NCBI GenBank assembly: GCA_964016885.1
Contig: OZ024743.1
Span: 299,522,001 to 299,586,000 of the forward strand
DNA length: 64,000 nt
Source of the DNA: Eledone cirrhosa
Lineage: Eukaryota
Direction: 5' to 3'
Both the position numbers and the translations under genes were made by a program. Shown here in pieces: positions 27,744-39,237 of the stretch (within the stretch, counting starts at the first letter, position 1; each line of letters starts with the position of its first letter). The notes beneath the pieces are model-generated. The model made no database searches and was not told where the DNA came from. It worked only from the letters and a program-made list of their open reading frames with translations.

Positions 27744-27783
27744 AATATGGTTTTATAAATATAGTTTCCCTTTGTTAATATCG

Positions 27784-27815
<32 letters not shown>

Positions 27816-27976
27816 ATATATATATATATATATGTATGTATATATATGTGTGTGTGTGTGTATAAATGCAAATATGTATATATATATATATATATATACA
27901 TATTTGCACATATACACACACACAGATATATATATGTATATATATATATATATATATACATAATATATATATATAA

Positions 27977-28052
<76 letters not shown>

Positions 28053-28135
28053 GTATGTATATATATATATGTATATATGTAAATATGTATGTATATATAT
28101 ATATAAATACAAATATGTGTGTGTGTATGTGTCTG

Positions 28136-28187
<52 letters not shown>
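27784..28187. repeat. Compound microsatellite whose first ~150 bp duplicates 23640-23780
   Basis: Same order of landmarks: acacaatata, tgtgtg, tgcaaatatg(ta)ncatatttgcacatatacacac. Confidence 0.85.
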
Positions 28188-28188
<1 letters not shown>

Positions 28189-29577
28189 CAATATGAGTTA
28201 ATAACTCTATATTTTATTTGTATTTCGGCTCCCTATCTAGGTGAGCTTATAAGATGAGTGCAATAAGGCTATTATCTCTCGCATACCCACTCACAGCACG
28301 TATAGCTTTCAACCCACTAGGTGTATTATTTACTCCATGAGTTCTTGTTAGATGTGTTTTGTTTCATTTAATCTAATCGCTCGCTGTTGAAATGCCTAAG
28401 GATTATCTGTTACAAACACAATTTTCAGAGCGAAACAGATTAAATCTATAGTTTGTCCGAGATATGAAATCGTTATTGATACGGTCTGTATATGACATTT
28501 TGTATCTTACTGTATGCTTCAGTTTAAAGATATAAAACATTTGTGGTATAATCTACCCTCGTAATTTTAGACGCAGAATTTACTGTTTACTTCTACATAT
28601 ATTATTATAATATTATTATAATGCTCAGTATTTATACTTTGAGCTTGTTAATTGCAGGGTATCTATATGAGTTAATGACTCTATATTTTATTTGTATATA
28701 TATATATGCGCAAAGGTTAAACTGAAACAACAACGTATATGACATAGTGTGTATATATATATACATACAGGCATAGATATATATGGATATTTAAAGAAAA
28801 AGAGAGACCCGGAACGAGAGAGAGAAAACAGGATAAGGACGAGGAGGAGGAGCCGGATGAGAAGGAGATGGGAAGGAGAGAGAGACAAGTGAGAGAACAA
28901 TATTACATGTATGTTTATTTTTGTAATAGCGTGTTAAATCTATGTGTCCATGTATTATATATTGTGTTGCATTAACGATATTAAATATATCGATGCTTTT
29001 GAGGACACGGAATCATTGGGGTTAAATTTTACTTTGGTGTATCTCTACCTGTTCCTTTTATGAATACTCTATAAATGTTTTTTTCCGACACGTTGTGTAT
29101 ATAATCGGAATAAAAAACAGCAACTATTTGATTATTCCGTTAGTAATATATTTGTACGGTATTTAAACAATTAACAACACATATGTGGGCATACAGAAAT
29201 TAATTCGGTTTGCTTGGGCAATGGTTCAGTATGATAATTTGTATAGAGACTTTTCATAATAGGTTATATAATTCATATAATTATATATGAGAAATATCTG
29301 CGTTTTTATCAAATCACATATTATATCAAACAGATATCAGTACTTAGATGAATTGATAGTCTAATTTGCAGATCGTGCAAATTAATCAAGAAGTCATTAT
29401 GCAAATTAAATAAGCTATATCTGCTATGGTTTGGTTTGCGTTTAATAAAAATAGCTTTCTCCTACGTTTACGTCGTTGGCAGAAATATAAGATTACTCAT
29501 CTTCAAAAAGTAATCTTGTTTTCAGATTAGGGAACATATAAATACAAAGAAGAAAATAACAAAAACGAAATACATTA

Positions 29578-30440
29578 TTATTGGTTTCTTATATAGGCAC
29601 GAGCCATCAATTTTGGGGGAGGGGAATGTCGATTAAATCGAGCTCCGTGCGTGAATTGTACTTTATTTTATCGACCCCGTAAGGATGTTAAAGTTAATCC
29701 CGCCGAGTTTAACTTTATCTTACATCCTCACGGGGTCGATAAAATAAAGTATCAGTCACGCACTGGGGTCGATTTAATCGACTTTCCCCACCGCCAAAAT
29801 TGATAGCTTGTGCCTATATTAGAAACTATTATTATTAAAAGGGCTGTGGATTGGCAGTATCGGACGCCATGCTTTGCAGCAAAGAGTTACGGCCCTTTAT
29901 TGTCTGAGTTCAAATCTCGCCAAGGTTAACTTTGCCTTTCATCCATACGGGGTCGATAAAATAAAGTACCAGTAATGCACTGGGTAATTGTTGGCCTTGT
30001 GCCAAAAGTAGAAACAATTATTATTAATCATGGCGGGGGATTGGCAGTATCGGTAGAGGGTCAGTCGCCATGTATTGACGCATAGAGTTACGGCCTTTGC
30101 CATTCTGAGTTCAAATCCCGCGAAGGTTAACTTTTCCTTTCATCCTTACGAGGTCGATAAAATAAAGTACCAGTAATACACTGTGTAATTACTGGCCTTA
30201 TGCCAAAAGTACAAACAATTATTATTAATCATACTTTGACGCATAGAGTTACGGCCCTTGCAATTCTGAGTTCAAATCCCGCCGAGTTTAACTTGGTCTT
30301 TCCTCCTTATAGTGTCGATAAAATAAAGCACCAGTAATACACTGGGATAATTGCTGGCCTTGTGCCAAAATTAGAAAAGATTATTATTATTAGGGCGGTG
30401 GATTGGTAGTATCGGTAGAGAGTCAGACACCACGTTTTGA
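29578..30440 (+). mobile_element. SINE family A cluster: inverted pair of long-variant 3' halves (29578-29836), then a head-to-tail array (29841-30026, 30032-30226, 30229-30391, head only 30392-30440)
   Basis: Repeated ggattggcagtatcgg / gagttcaaatcccgc / gtcgataaaataaagtaccag / gaaacaattattatta units. Confidence 0.9.
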
Positions 30441-30609
30441 TTCAGGTTTATTTAAATAAACCTGAATCAACTGAATATGGCGTCCGAACTTTTATTATTA
30501 TATAATGGTCCTTTTCGTACCATTTATAGAGGTCCCTGAGCGCTTCATTTTATGTGCTTCCCAACCGACAGACGATGGTGTGATCCGCACGTCCCTGTTC
30601 CGTTAACCC

Positions 30610-30719
<110 letters not shown>

Positions 30720-31003
30720 TATATATATATTAAAATAACAGATTAAAGTTTAAGCAAAGAATCGCTGCTTTCACCCTTAACGAAGTAGCGATTATTTGCT
30801 TAAACTTTAATCTGTTATTTTAATAAATATTTGCTCTACGGTTCTTATATATTTGATATATATTTATCCTTATCGAGCCCTCTTTGGATTTTAGTCTTCA
30901 AATTTATTATTATTACTATTATTATTATAAAGTACCAGTAATTACTGGCCTTGTGCCAAAAGTAGAAACAATTATTTTTATTATTACTATATATATATAT
31001 ATG

Positions 31004-31220
31004 TGAAGGCGTGTGACTGAGCGGTTAGAGATTTGGATTCGCAATCAAAAGGTTGTGAGTTCGATTCCTGGACCAGGCAATGCGTTATGTCCTTGAGCAA
31101 GACACTTTATTTCACGTCGCTCCTTCTACCTGGAGTTGCGACCGATAGATAGTATTAGCACGTGGAAAGACCAACGGAAATATTGTTTCCTCGGTCCGAT
31201 TTGACGAAAGTCGATCGTTC
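31004..31220 (+). mobile_element. tRNA-derived SINE, family B (V/CORE-like central domain)
   Basis: Head ggcgtgtgactgagcggttag, B box gagttcgattcc, central tgtccttgagcaagacacttt; second copy at 48010-48225. Confidence 0.85.
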
Positions 31221-31345
31221 CTTTTATATATATATATATAAGTAGAAGGGGTATTTAATTTGTTGGAGGTTCAACTATCCAGTGAATTTCCAACCGATAA
31301 GGTATGATTTTCTTGGGTATGTCTCTATTTATAAAACAAACTTTA

Positions 31346-31408
31346 TATTTTATCTGATGAGAGTGTATTAATGTGTCTTAGTACCCTTGAAATATATATA
31401 ATAAAATA
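31346..31408 (+). ncRNA. Type I hammerhead ribozyme
   Basis: tattttat-CTGATGA-gagtgtatta..ttagtaccctt-GAAA-tatata-TA-ataaaata. Confidence 0.75.
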
Positions 31409-31675
31409 AATATGGTTTTATATATATATAGTTTCCATTTATTTAATATCATTGTATATATATATATATATATATAAATATTTATATATATCGTCAAGAG
31501 TTTCTGAAGAAATAGATCAAGGAAAAAAACGCTCTATGTAATGTACAGAAACAGAATATATCATATAAATAAGAACTCAACTTCGACCAGCATAGATCAT
31601 AGACATTCTATGGTTGTGTTTTGTATTGTGTACTTGATTTGCGCATGCGTTACATCCATATGTGTGTGTGTGTGG

Positions 31676-31743
<68 letters not shown>

Positions 31744-31951
31744 ATTTATTTATTTATTTATTTATGTGTTTATTTATTTGTCACTAGTTGGTTGTTTGTT
31801 CTAGCTACATGTGTCTGGTTTGTTTTATTAGCTTATTTTATTGTGTCTCCGTATGTATTTCTATTTTTTCCTAAATTACTGGTTGTGATGTTGCTATTCC
31901 ATTCATGTTTTTTGTTTAATTTTGATGGAGAACAAAGGAGAAACACAAAAT

Positions 31952-32278
31952 AAAAACCCAGTCATTGAGGAGGTCACAGAATGTGTGACGAAAGAGCTTT
32001 AAAAATATACAAACAACCATCCACTTACCGAACTAACCAACCAACCGGAAATTCATAATAAATTGAAGTGAAAACCAACAGGTGCGTGTGTTTTATATAT
32101 ATATTGTAATATTTTGCGAGGGTCATGCTGCCAATAAAACACACGCACCTGTTGGTTTTCACTTCAATTTATTATGAATCTTCGGTTGGTTGGTTAGTTC
32201 GATAAGTGGATGGTTGTTTGTATATTTTTAAAGCTCTTTCGTCACACATTCTGTGACCTCCTCAATGACTGAGTTTTT
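31952..32278. repeat. Fold-back inverted repeat (~145 bp arms, 37 bp spacer) with an HHR-like motif in each arm
   Basis: Arms nearly perfectly complementary; TTGAGGA-ggtcaca gaatg tgtgac-GAAA at 31965-31993, but stem I is not evident. Confidence 0.88.
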
Positions 32279-32773
32279 GGTACAAGACCAAGATCCCACC
32301 TTAAGACACTGACAACAATGCAACAGAGGAGAAATCAGAACATGTGACATGGGGACTGTCTCTTCCCGCCTATTCTACATCTTCCCTGGGGTCGAAGGGA
32401 AGTTATGGTATTTCATTGTCATACATTCGCGTTGCACCTGAATTGATGCAGCAATTGGCCCAACACCTATGTGGTGTCAACAATTCCGAGTCCTAACCTG
32501 CATCGGTTTTAGATATCGGATGGCAGAAGATAGGGTTGCAAAATAGACATATGTATATAATTGGATAATAGTGACAAACGTTTTTACAAGCGTACCACTC
32601 TCTAAGTCATTGATTATTATCGAGTGACAGGCATAAGTAAGATTACCAGTAATCAGGTAAACCACAGTTTTCACTTCATAATTTCCTTCTCTTATAAGAA
32701 TGCTCTGACAACCTCCCGGAGTCCTTCACTGCCAGAGGATTTACTTGCAGGCGCACAGACGGGCTGTCATAAC

Positions 32774-33172
32774 CATACATACATACATGGTGGCTGCCAA
32801 CTCGTTTTCGAGTATGGCCACTACTTTATAACCATGTAGGAGAAACCCTACCGATGCGCTGAACGAGTGTGACTTTTTAGTCCAGCCAGTGACTTGAAAA
32901 CTCTGGTACAAACACCACACTAGTGACAATTATTGATACATAGTGCTGGGCCTATGGTACCATGTGACGACAGGTGCAGAGAGATCTCCAGATATAAAGC
33001 AATGCCTGTGCCGTGAAGCTTTTATAGTGGGCAAAGGCACTGCACAAAGCCAGTCCCACTCTCTTAACCAAGATGATATTTACCAAAAAGAAGAATAAGT
33101 CAACATCATTGGATACCATCAGGGTTGCAGGTGTTATATCAGAGTTTTCCTTCTCCTAGAATTCTGCCTTGA
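32774..33172 (-). mobile_element. Non-autonomous RTE-derived retroposon, copy 2
   Basis: Near-identical to 7074-7482 with the same internal junction; (CATA)n at both ends. Confidence 0.75.
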
Positions 33173-33248
33173 CGTACATACATACATACATACATACATA
33201 CATACATACATACATACATACATACATACATACATACACACATACATA

Positions 33249-34064
33249 AACCACTCAAAAAGCCTGGCATGGAGTTCCGACAAGTTTATGACATCACACC
33301 TTGAGGGATATCTCTATACAATACAGGAACAAGAACTCCCTACCAAATATCTGCTGCACAAAAGAGGAGGGCCAGCAGCTAACAATAACTGTAGGCTATG
33401 TAAAACAAAGATCGAGGATGTAAGCCACATTGTTGCCAGCTGCGAAAGAATGTCATCTCGCTACTACCTTCCCATGAGACACGATGGGATAGCTAGAACC
33501 ATCTGGAACGCACTTCGGAAAACAAAATTAACAACAAACGAGGAAGAATATATTGAGACAGATGGCACTAAGGAATACTGGTGGAACCTGAAAATAAAAA
33601 CTGCCACCAAATTAAAGCACAACCGGCTTGGTATTGTTGTTTGGGACCACACATTGAAAACGTGTTCTGTTGTGGAGATCAGCTGCCCACTTGATGTAAA
33701 CGTTGTCAGAAAAATACAGGAGAAGGAGGACATCTACGGACCATTGATGAGGAGTTTACAAATCCAGTATCCAAGATACACCTTTAGCTTCATACCCATC
33801 ATTATTGGAGCTACGGGTTACATACCAACCTGCTTGGACCAACGTATGACTGAACTTGGATTTGCGGACAAAAAGCGCAGCTCCCTAATTCATAGTCTAC
33901 AAATGGCTGCGATAGCTGGCACCTTCAAAATTTGCAAAACATTCTTGCGATTCAAGGGATGACAATTTCTTTTCTTTTACAACCTTGCCACCAGGAAGGT
34001 GGCCGGTCAAAAAAAATATACTCGAAATTAAGAGAAAGAGATAACATACATACATACATACATA
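33249..34064 (+). mobile_element. 5'-truncated RLE-type (R4-like) non-LTR fragment in (CATA)n; ORF remnant 33288-33962
   Basis: TIQEQEL, CRLCKTKIEDVSHIVASC, RHD, HNRLGIVVWD (catalytic PD lost), EISCP, IPIIIGATG; (TACA)n at 33175-33248 and (CATA)n at 34045-34064. Confidence 0.88.
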
Positions 34065-36399
34065 TATATATACGTTACAGGATTGTGCAGTGTCATATAA
34101 GCGAACCATTAGAAATCTTAAAGATTTATTCGTTATTTTCTTAGATGGTTTATAGTCCTTATCCAAATATTCTGCCTAATCAATACGTGGGATGGGGGGG
34201 GGGGGGTTTAGTTAGTATTGGTTCTAATCTATTAAAGGAGTAGCGCAGTCGCACCTTCCTTGTGTGAACGTGTGTGTATTCTTTCGTTGTGTAACTGCAG
34301 CTGTTGCATGTGCTGCTGTTGAAGTTATTACCATTCATAACATTGTTATTTTCAAGGCTCTTCATTTTTGTTGTTATTGATTATTTCTTTTACTACATGT
34401 GCCTTAGCTGTTGGTTTTAACTCATTGTTGTTCTGGGTTCTTTAACAATGATTTGCAAATATCAGTGTTTCTTGTCTTCTCACATGCACGCGTTCGTTTA
34501 TATGCAACATTGTTCTGACTAGTTATTGCTCATTAATTTCCGTCATATTCATGGAAATGACCAACCAATATGTCAACAATTTATTTAACGAATGTTAACC
34601 AAGGAAACCAGCGAATAGCATAATCATTTACGGCGAGAACCATATGGCAACTTCTCTTCCGTTTGTAGCATCATTTCAAAATAATACTGAAAAAAATATT
34701 TTGCTGACATTAGACATTTGATAATGATGATAATAATGACAATGAAGACAAAGATTATGACCATGATAAACACGATGACATCGACGACGATGATGATAGC
34801 GATACGATTAAGTGAAAAGTTAATTACGGGGATAACTCATACGGCGACTGATCTATGGAATGATAACTGAACGGCTTTTAAAAAACGTAATTATAAAGGA
34901 TTATTTGAGGTGGTGTTTTAGGGATTATGTTTTTCCAAGCCTGTCCTTCTTTGAGAAATGAAAGTGTATAATAGCACTTTGTACTGTGTTTTCAATCAAA
35001 GTATAAGCTTAAACAATCACTATGAGTGGTTTCTCATTTCTTCGTTTCTTGGGTAAAATGTATCAGCTATGTACGCAGATACATATGCAAAATTAAAAAA
35101 AAAGAATTCATAAATGTAAGTATGACGTTGTATTATATAGAATTTAAATCAATCTTCCTTGAAATATATACGTGAAAATATAGAATGTTCTACTGATCAT
35201 TCCTTATAATGTTTCATATTGCACTTAACGACTTTACATTAAAGCTGTGTTATGGAGTGTTACATGTTATGAGCAACATGACATAAACTACACAAAATAC
35301 TCGTATACTTTTTTTCAAAATTTATATTCTACCATACACAGATGTTGTTTATATCTAAAATTCATAATTTCTGATACAACAGCTTTAAGGATGAATAGAA
35401 TTTTCTTCAGTATTATCTTCAGATATGAACTGAAGCAAATCTCTCCCTACACACACACCCAATCAAATTAAATAATAACGAAATTGACAAGACATACTAA
35501 GTGAGTGAAAGAGTACATTAGTTCTGAAGTCCGATTGTGTGCATATAGCTGTTTCTTTCGGTCAATTCTCTGATGTAAAACGCTATTATATTTGTGTGTA
35601 TAATATATACAAAATATGTGAACACTTGGTGCAGATTTCCAACCAAACCAACCTCTCTCCTTACTTGCCACTTCTACTTTCAAAAGCAAGTAGAAGTAGT
35701 AACAATGCCTTAACAATTGAGTGAATTGATTTACATTTTACAGCGACTAAAACTTTTTTCGTTTTTGATATAATCATCGTTGTCATTTTACTTTTATCTT
35801 TGATAGTATGATATTAAATAATGATGTAAAGCTAGAATTTTTAATAATAGTTTCATTAATATTGATGCTTCTTCGTGAATTTAATCATATATGTCGTGTA
35901 TTCACCAATATTCCGTTTGTAATTAAATCCAAATCTTCTTTATTTTATTTAGTATTTTTCTTTGAAGTTACTTCTGGTAATTAAACTTTGATGTTTTGAT
36001 TAATGAAACGTATTAAAGATTTTTCCTTATGTTAAAATGTTATTTTTGCACAAATAATTTCCTTATATTTCTTACATGCATCCTTGAACAAAAGCCTTCT
36101 TGAGCATATGAACTTAAAGTGGGGTCGAACGGGCTAAACACAGCGCGTTTATATATTTTCACGTTTTTCAGACCTATTTGTGTCTTGAGATAAAATGTTG
36201 CATACTTTAAAGAAGAATTCCAAATGGTCTGCAAATATGATATATAAAGAGCTTCTAGTTTTGGCACAAGGCCAGCAATTTGGAGGAAGCGGGAAGTCAC
36301 TCTGGGGGAAGCCAGTACTTGAATATTATTAGTCCTCATTATCCTCAGAATTATGAAATAAAAATGCGGTCAAATCATTGTTTATCGACAGAATGAGGG

Positions 36400-36745
36400 A
36401 CAATATTGTTTCTCAAACTATTGCCTCTCGTGACTATTGGTGGCTATTTAAGAGAGTGTTAAATCAATTTAATCTATTTAAAAACCTAAATGCTTCGCTC
36501 GGAAATTTTATTTTAATCCCACACTTCATACATCTGGCACATCTTTGTCTTGCATTCCATTTAGAGCTGATACATTACTGTGTGAAATACATATCACTCC
36601 CACCATGGTTTCAGATGTAAACTCAAATATTGATCACCATATATTATGTGGCTCTAATGGTACTCCCATCACAGTCTTGTGGAATTGTTCTCCTGAAATA
36701 GTTCATGCTCTATCTAAATATTACAAGAGTTGCATTGCTTTAATA
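36400..36745 (+). pseudogene. Highly decayed APE-type LINE ORF2 remnant (region just upstream of RT)
   Basis: ASRDYWWLFKRVLN and HITPTMVSDVNSNID..CGSNGTPITVLWNCSPEI..LSK..KSC resemble the SRDFW and KAxGPDxIPxxVLKxCxPEL regions. Confidence 0.55.
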
Positions 36746-37974
36746 AATATATAAAGACGCAAGTGTACATATTTAGCAGAATCAATCCATAAAGAATAGA
36801 AAGGACATGATAAATAAATGTCGATCATAAAATACTGCTACGTTCATAACAAACCCTATAATTCTCCTTCAAACCCGAAATGTAAGTTAGAATATAAACC
36901 CTTTATTTGCACAATTTATTGTACAGCAGCCAGCATTTGCATTGCCATAGATTCAGATTCATCCCAACAAAATTTGACAATTTAGACTTTACCTTTTAAT
37001 TAAGGGAATATTTCTTAATAATATTCTGAACATCGTATATTCCTTCCCTAATATTAAAAACTATGGATTTAAGATAAATATTGGCATCAATTCCACATGT
37101 ATTCAATTTTAAAGTTAAATAACACCCAAATACCAGATATTAAAATCCAAACGAAACCAAACATTACACGCAGAGCGTACGTAATCATCACAAAATATTT
37201 TAAATTCTATTTGAACACAAACAACTCTGTCTAACACACATCAAGCGTAATGAAAGAATTTTCATAGATTCTTCCCTATTCAATAATGATGCCCTGTTCA
37301 AAGGAGGATGAAAAATATATTACTTCATATTTATTAGATTCACAACTTGCTACAGGAGCGACGGAATATCACTGCTATAAACATCTAACACCATTAATAA
37401 CGCAAATATAACATCACAAGAAATGCAATTATATATATTTATATTAAACGTCTCCTATAAAACACTGTTTGTATGTCATATCCTCCTTTTTCAAACGCTG
37501 CCCTTGGCCTCTCCCGATTCAGTTAAACTATGTAAACCACCAGAAAGGTCAAATACCAGCAACGGCTATTATATAAATTGAAGCAGCTGTATATTAGATA
37601 CTAACCGCCTACTTTTTGTTCTAGTCTACAAATGCACAATACAAGTTAATATCTCATAAATTAAGACAATGCATTATTTCTTGTGTTTTCCGAATAGCTG
37701 TTATCGTGTCATAAATCTTTTTAAAATATATTTATCGTATGTTCTATTTTAGGTTTGTTCTGTTTTTATGTGCCCTATCGTAAGATTTTCTATATTCATT
37801 TATCATAATTTTATTAGTAAACTGCGTCCGTCAGCGTTGCACTAATAGCATGTTATTCACAACTAATTACATACCTGAAAACTATTCTGCCATTATTGTC
37901 GAAAGTTATTCAGAGAGAGTCGAAAAGGGAGTCTGAATGTTTTGTTTCATTTTCCTCTGGTCTTTTGTTCTATC

Positions 37975-38160
37975 CTTCGGTTGCACACAGACACACACAC
38001 ATAAACACACGCGCACACACACGCACGTACACACACACTTCTATACTTCGGTTGCACACACACACACACAAACACACGCACACACACACACGCACTTCTA
38101 TACTTCGGTTGCACACACATACACACACGCAAACACATACACACACACGCACACACTCAA
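37975..38160. repeat. Minisatellite: 3 units of cttcggttgcac+(CA)n
   Basis: cttcggttgcacac at ~37976, 38046 and 38103. Confidence 0.85.
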
Positions 38161-38833
38161 ACACATATCTATCTATCTTTCTATCTATCTCTATATGTAT
38201 ATGTGTGTCTTTGTGTGTGCATGTGTATATATATATATGTGTGTGTGTGTGTGTTGGTGCTTTGAAGGTAATGACGACGTCACATACCTAGCTTAAGGAA
38301 AGGCAGGGAGAAGTAATCGAGAGTCACCGTTTCTCACTCCTTAGTGGTTATCAAGACTACATATCCCTCGGCTTTTGCTGAAGTTAACAAAGCAGAATTA
38401 TTACCAGTAATGTACTGGGTTATTGCTGGCTTGTGCCTAAAGTAGAAACAATTATTGTACAATTCCAATTAAGTTTATGAGCTATTGAAACTCATGTGCA
38501 TACGGAGTGATTGCCGGCCCAATATCAATTACAAATTTGTATTGGTGCTCTGAAATAGCGATATACATCTGAACGTACGTTTTGTATATTTAGCAATATA
38601 CGGTATGTTGGTTTCATAACATTTTGAAGGGCTTTCCCTATGATGTATATGGTAATGACGAATGTCACAGACCTAAATTCAGATGGTGGCCGTCGATTAC
38701 TTCCTCCAGCCTTTGCTCAAGCGAGCTATGTGACCCTCCCAAAGTATAATAATATATGTTTCAAAACACATTAAAGAAAGGAAATAGCTGTCGAAATGGG
38801 TTGAGCTCTGCCGTCGGGGTTCTGACCCCCCCC

Positions 38834-38907
<74 letters not shown>

Positions 38908-38994
38908 ACATACATACATACATGCATACATACATATACACACACGCAGGCACATACACACGCACGCACACATACACATACACATATATATATA

Positions 38995-39170
38995 TAATTG
39001 TTTCTACTTTTTGGCACAAGGCCAGCAGTTACCCAGCGCTTTACTGGTACGTTTTTATCGAACCCGTAAGGATGAAAGGCAAAGTTAACCTCGGCGAGAT
39101 TTGAACTCAGAATGGCAAGCGCCCTAACTATATGCTTCAAAGCATGGCGTCCGAACCTCTACCGATAATG
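38995..39170 (-). mobile_element. tRNA-derived SINE, family A
   Basis: Matches the family consensus. Confidence 0.9.
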
Positions 39171-39237
39171 AATCACAAGTCAACATATTAGAATTTACTT
39201 AGTTTATTGATCGTACAATCGCTGTTATATATATATA

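Noticed and set aside
29841-30440. CRISPR-like or tRNA gene array
   Set aside because: Units are ~190 bp SINEs with no unique spacers and no complete cloverleaf; eukaryotic context
31497-31580. CTGAAGA...GAAA with gagtt/aactc flanks (similar weak cases near 18400, 20690, 28250, 45945, 63537)
   Set aside because: Core or stems incomplete; may be decayed HHRs but not supportable
34720-34810. Asp-rich reading frame
   Set aside because: Decayed (GAT/GAC)n trinucleotide repeat
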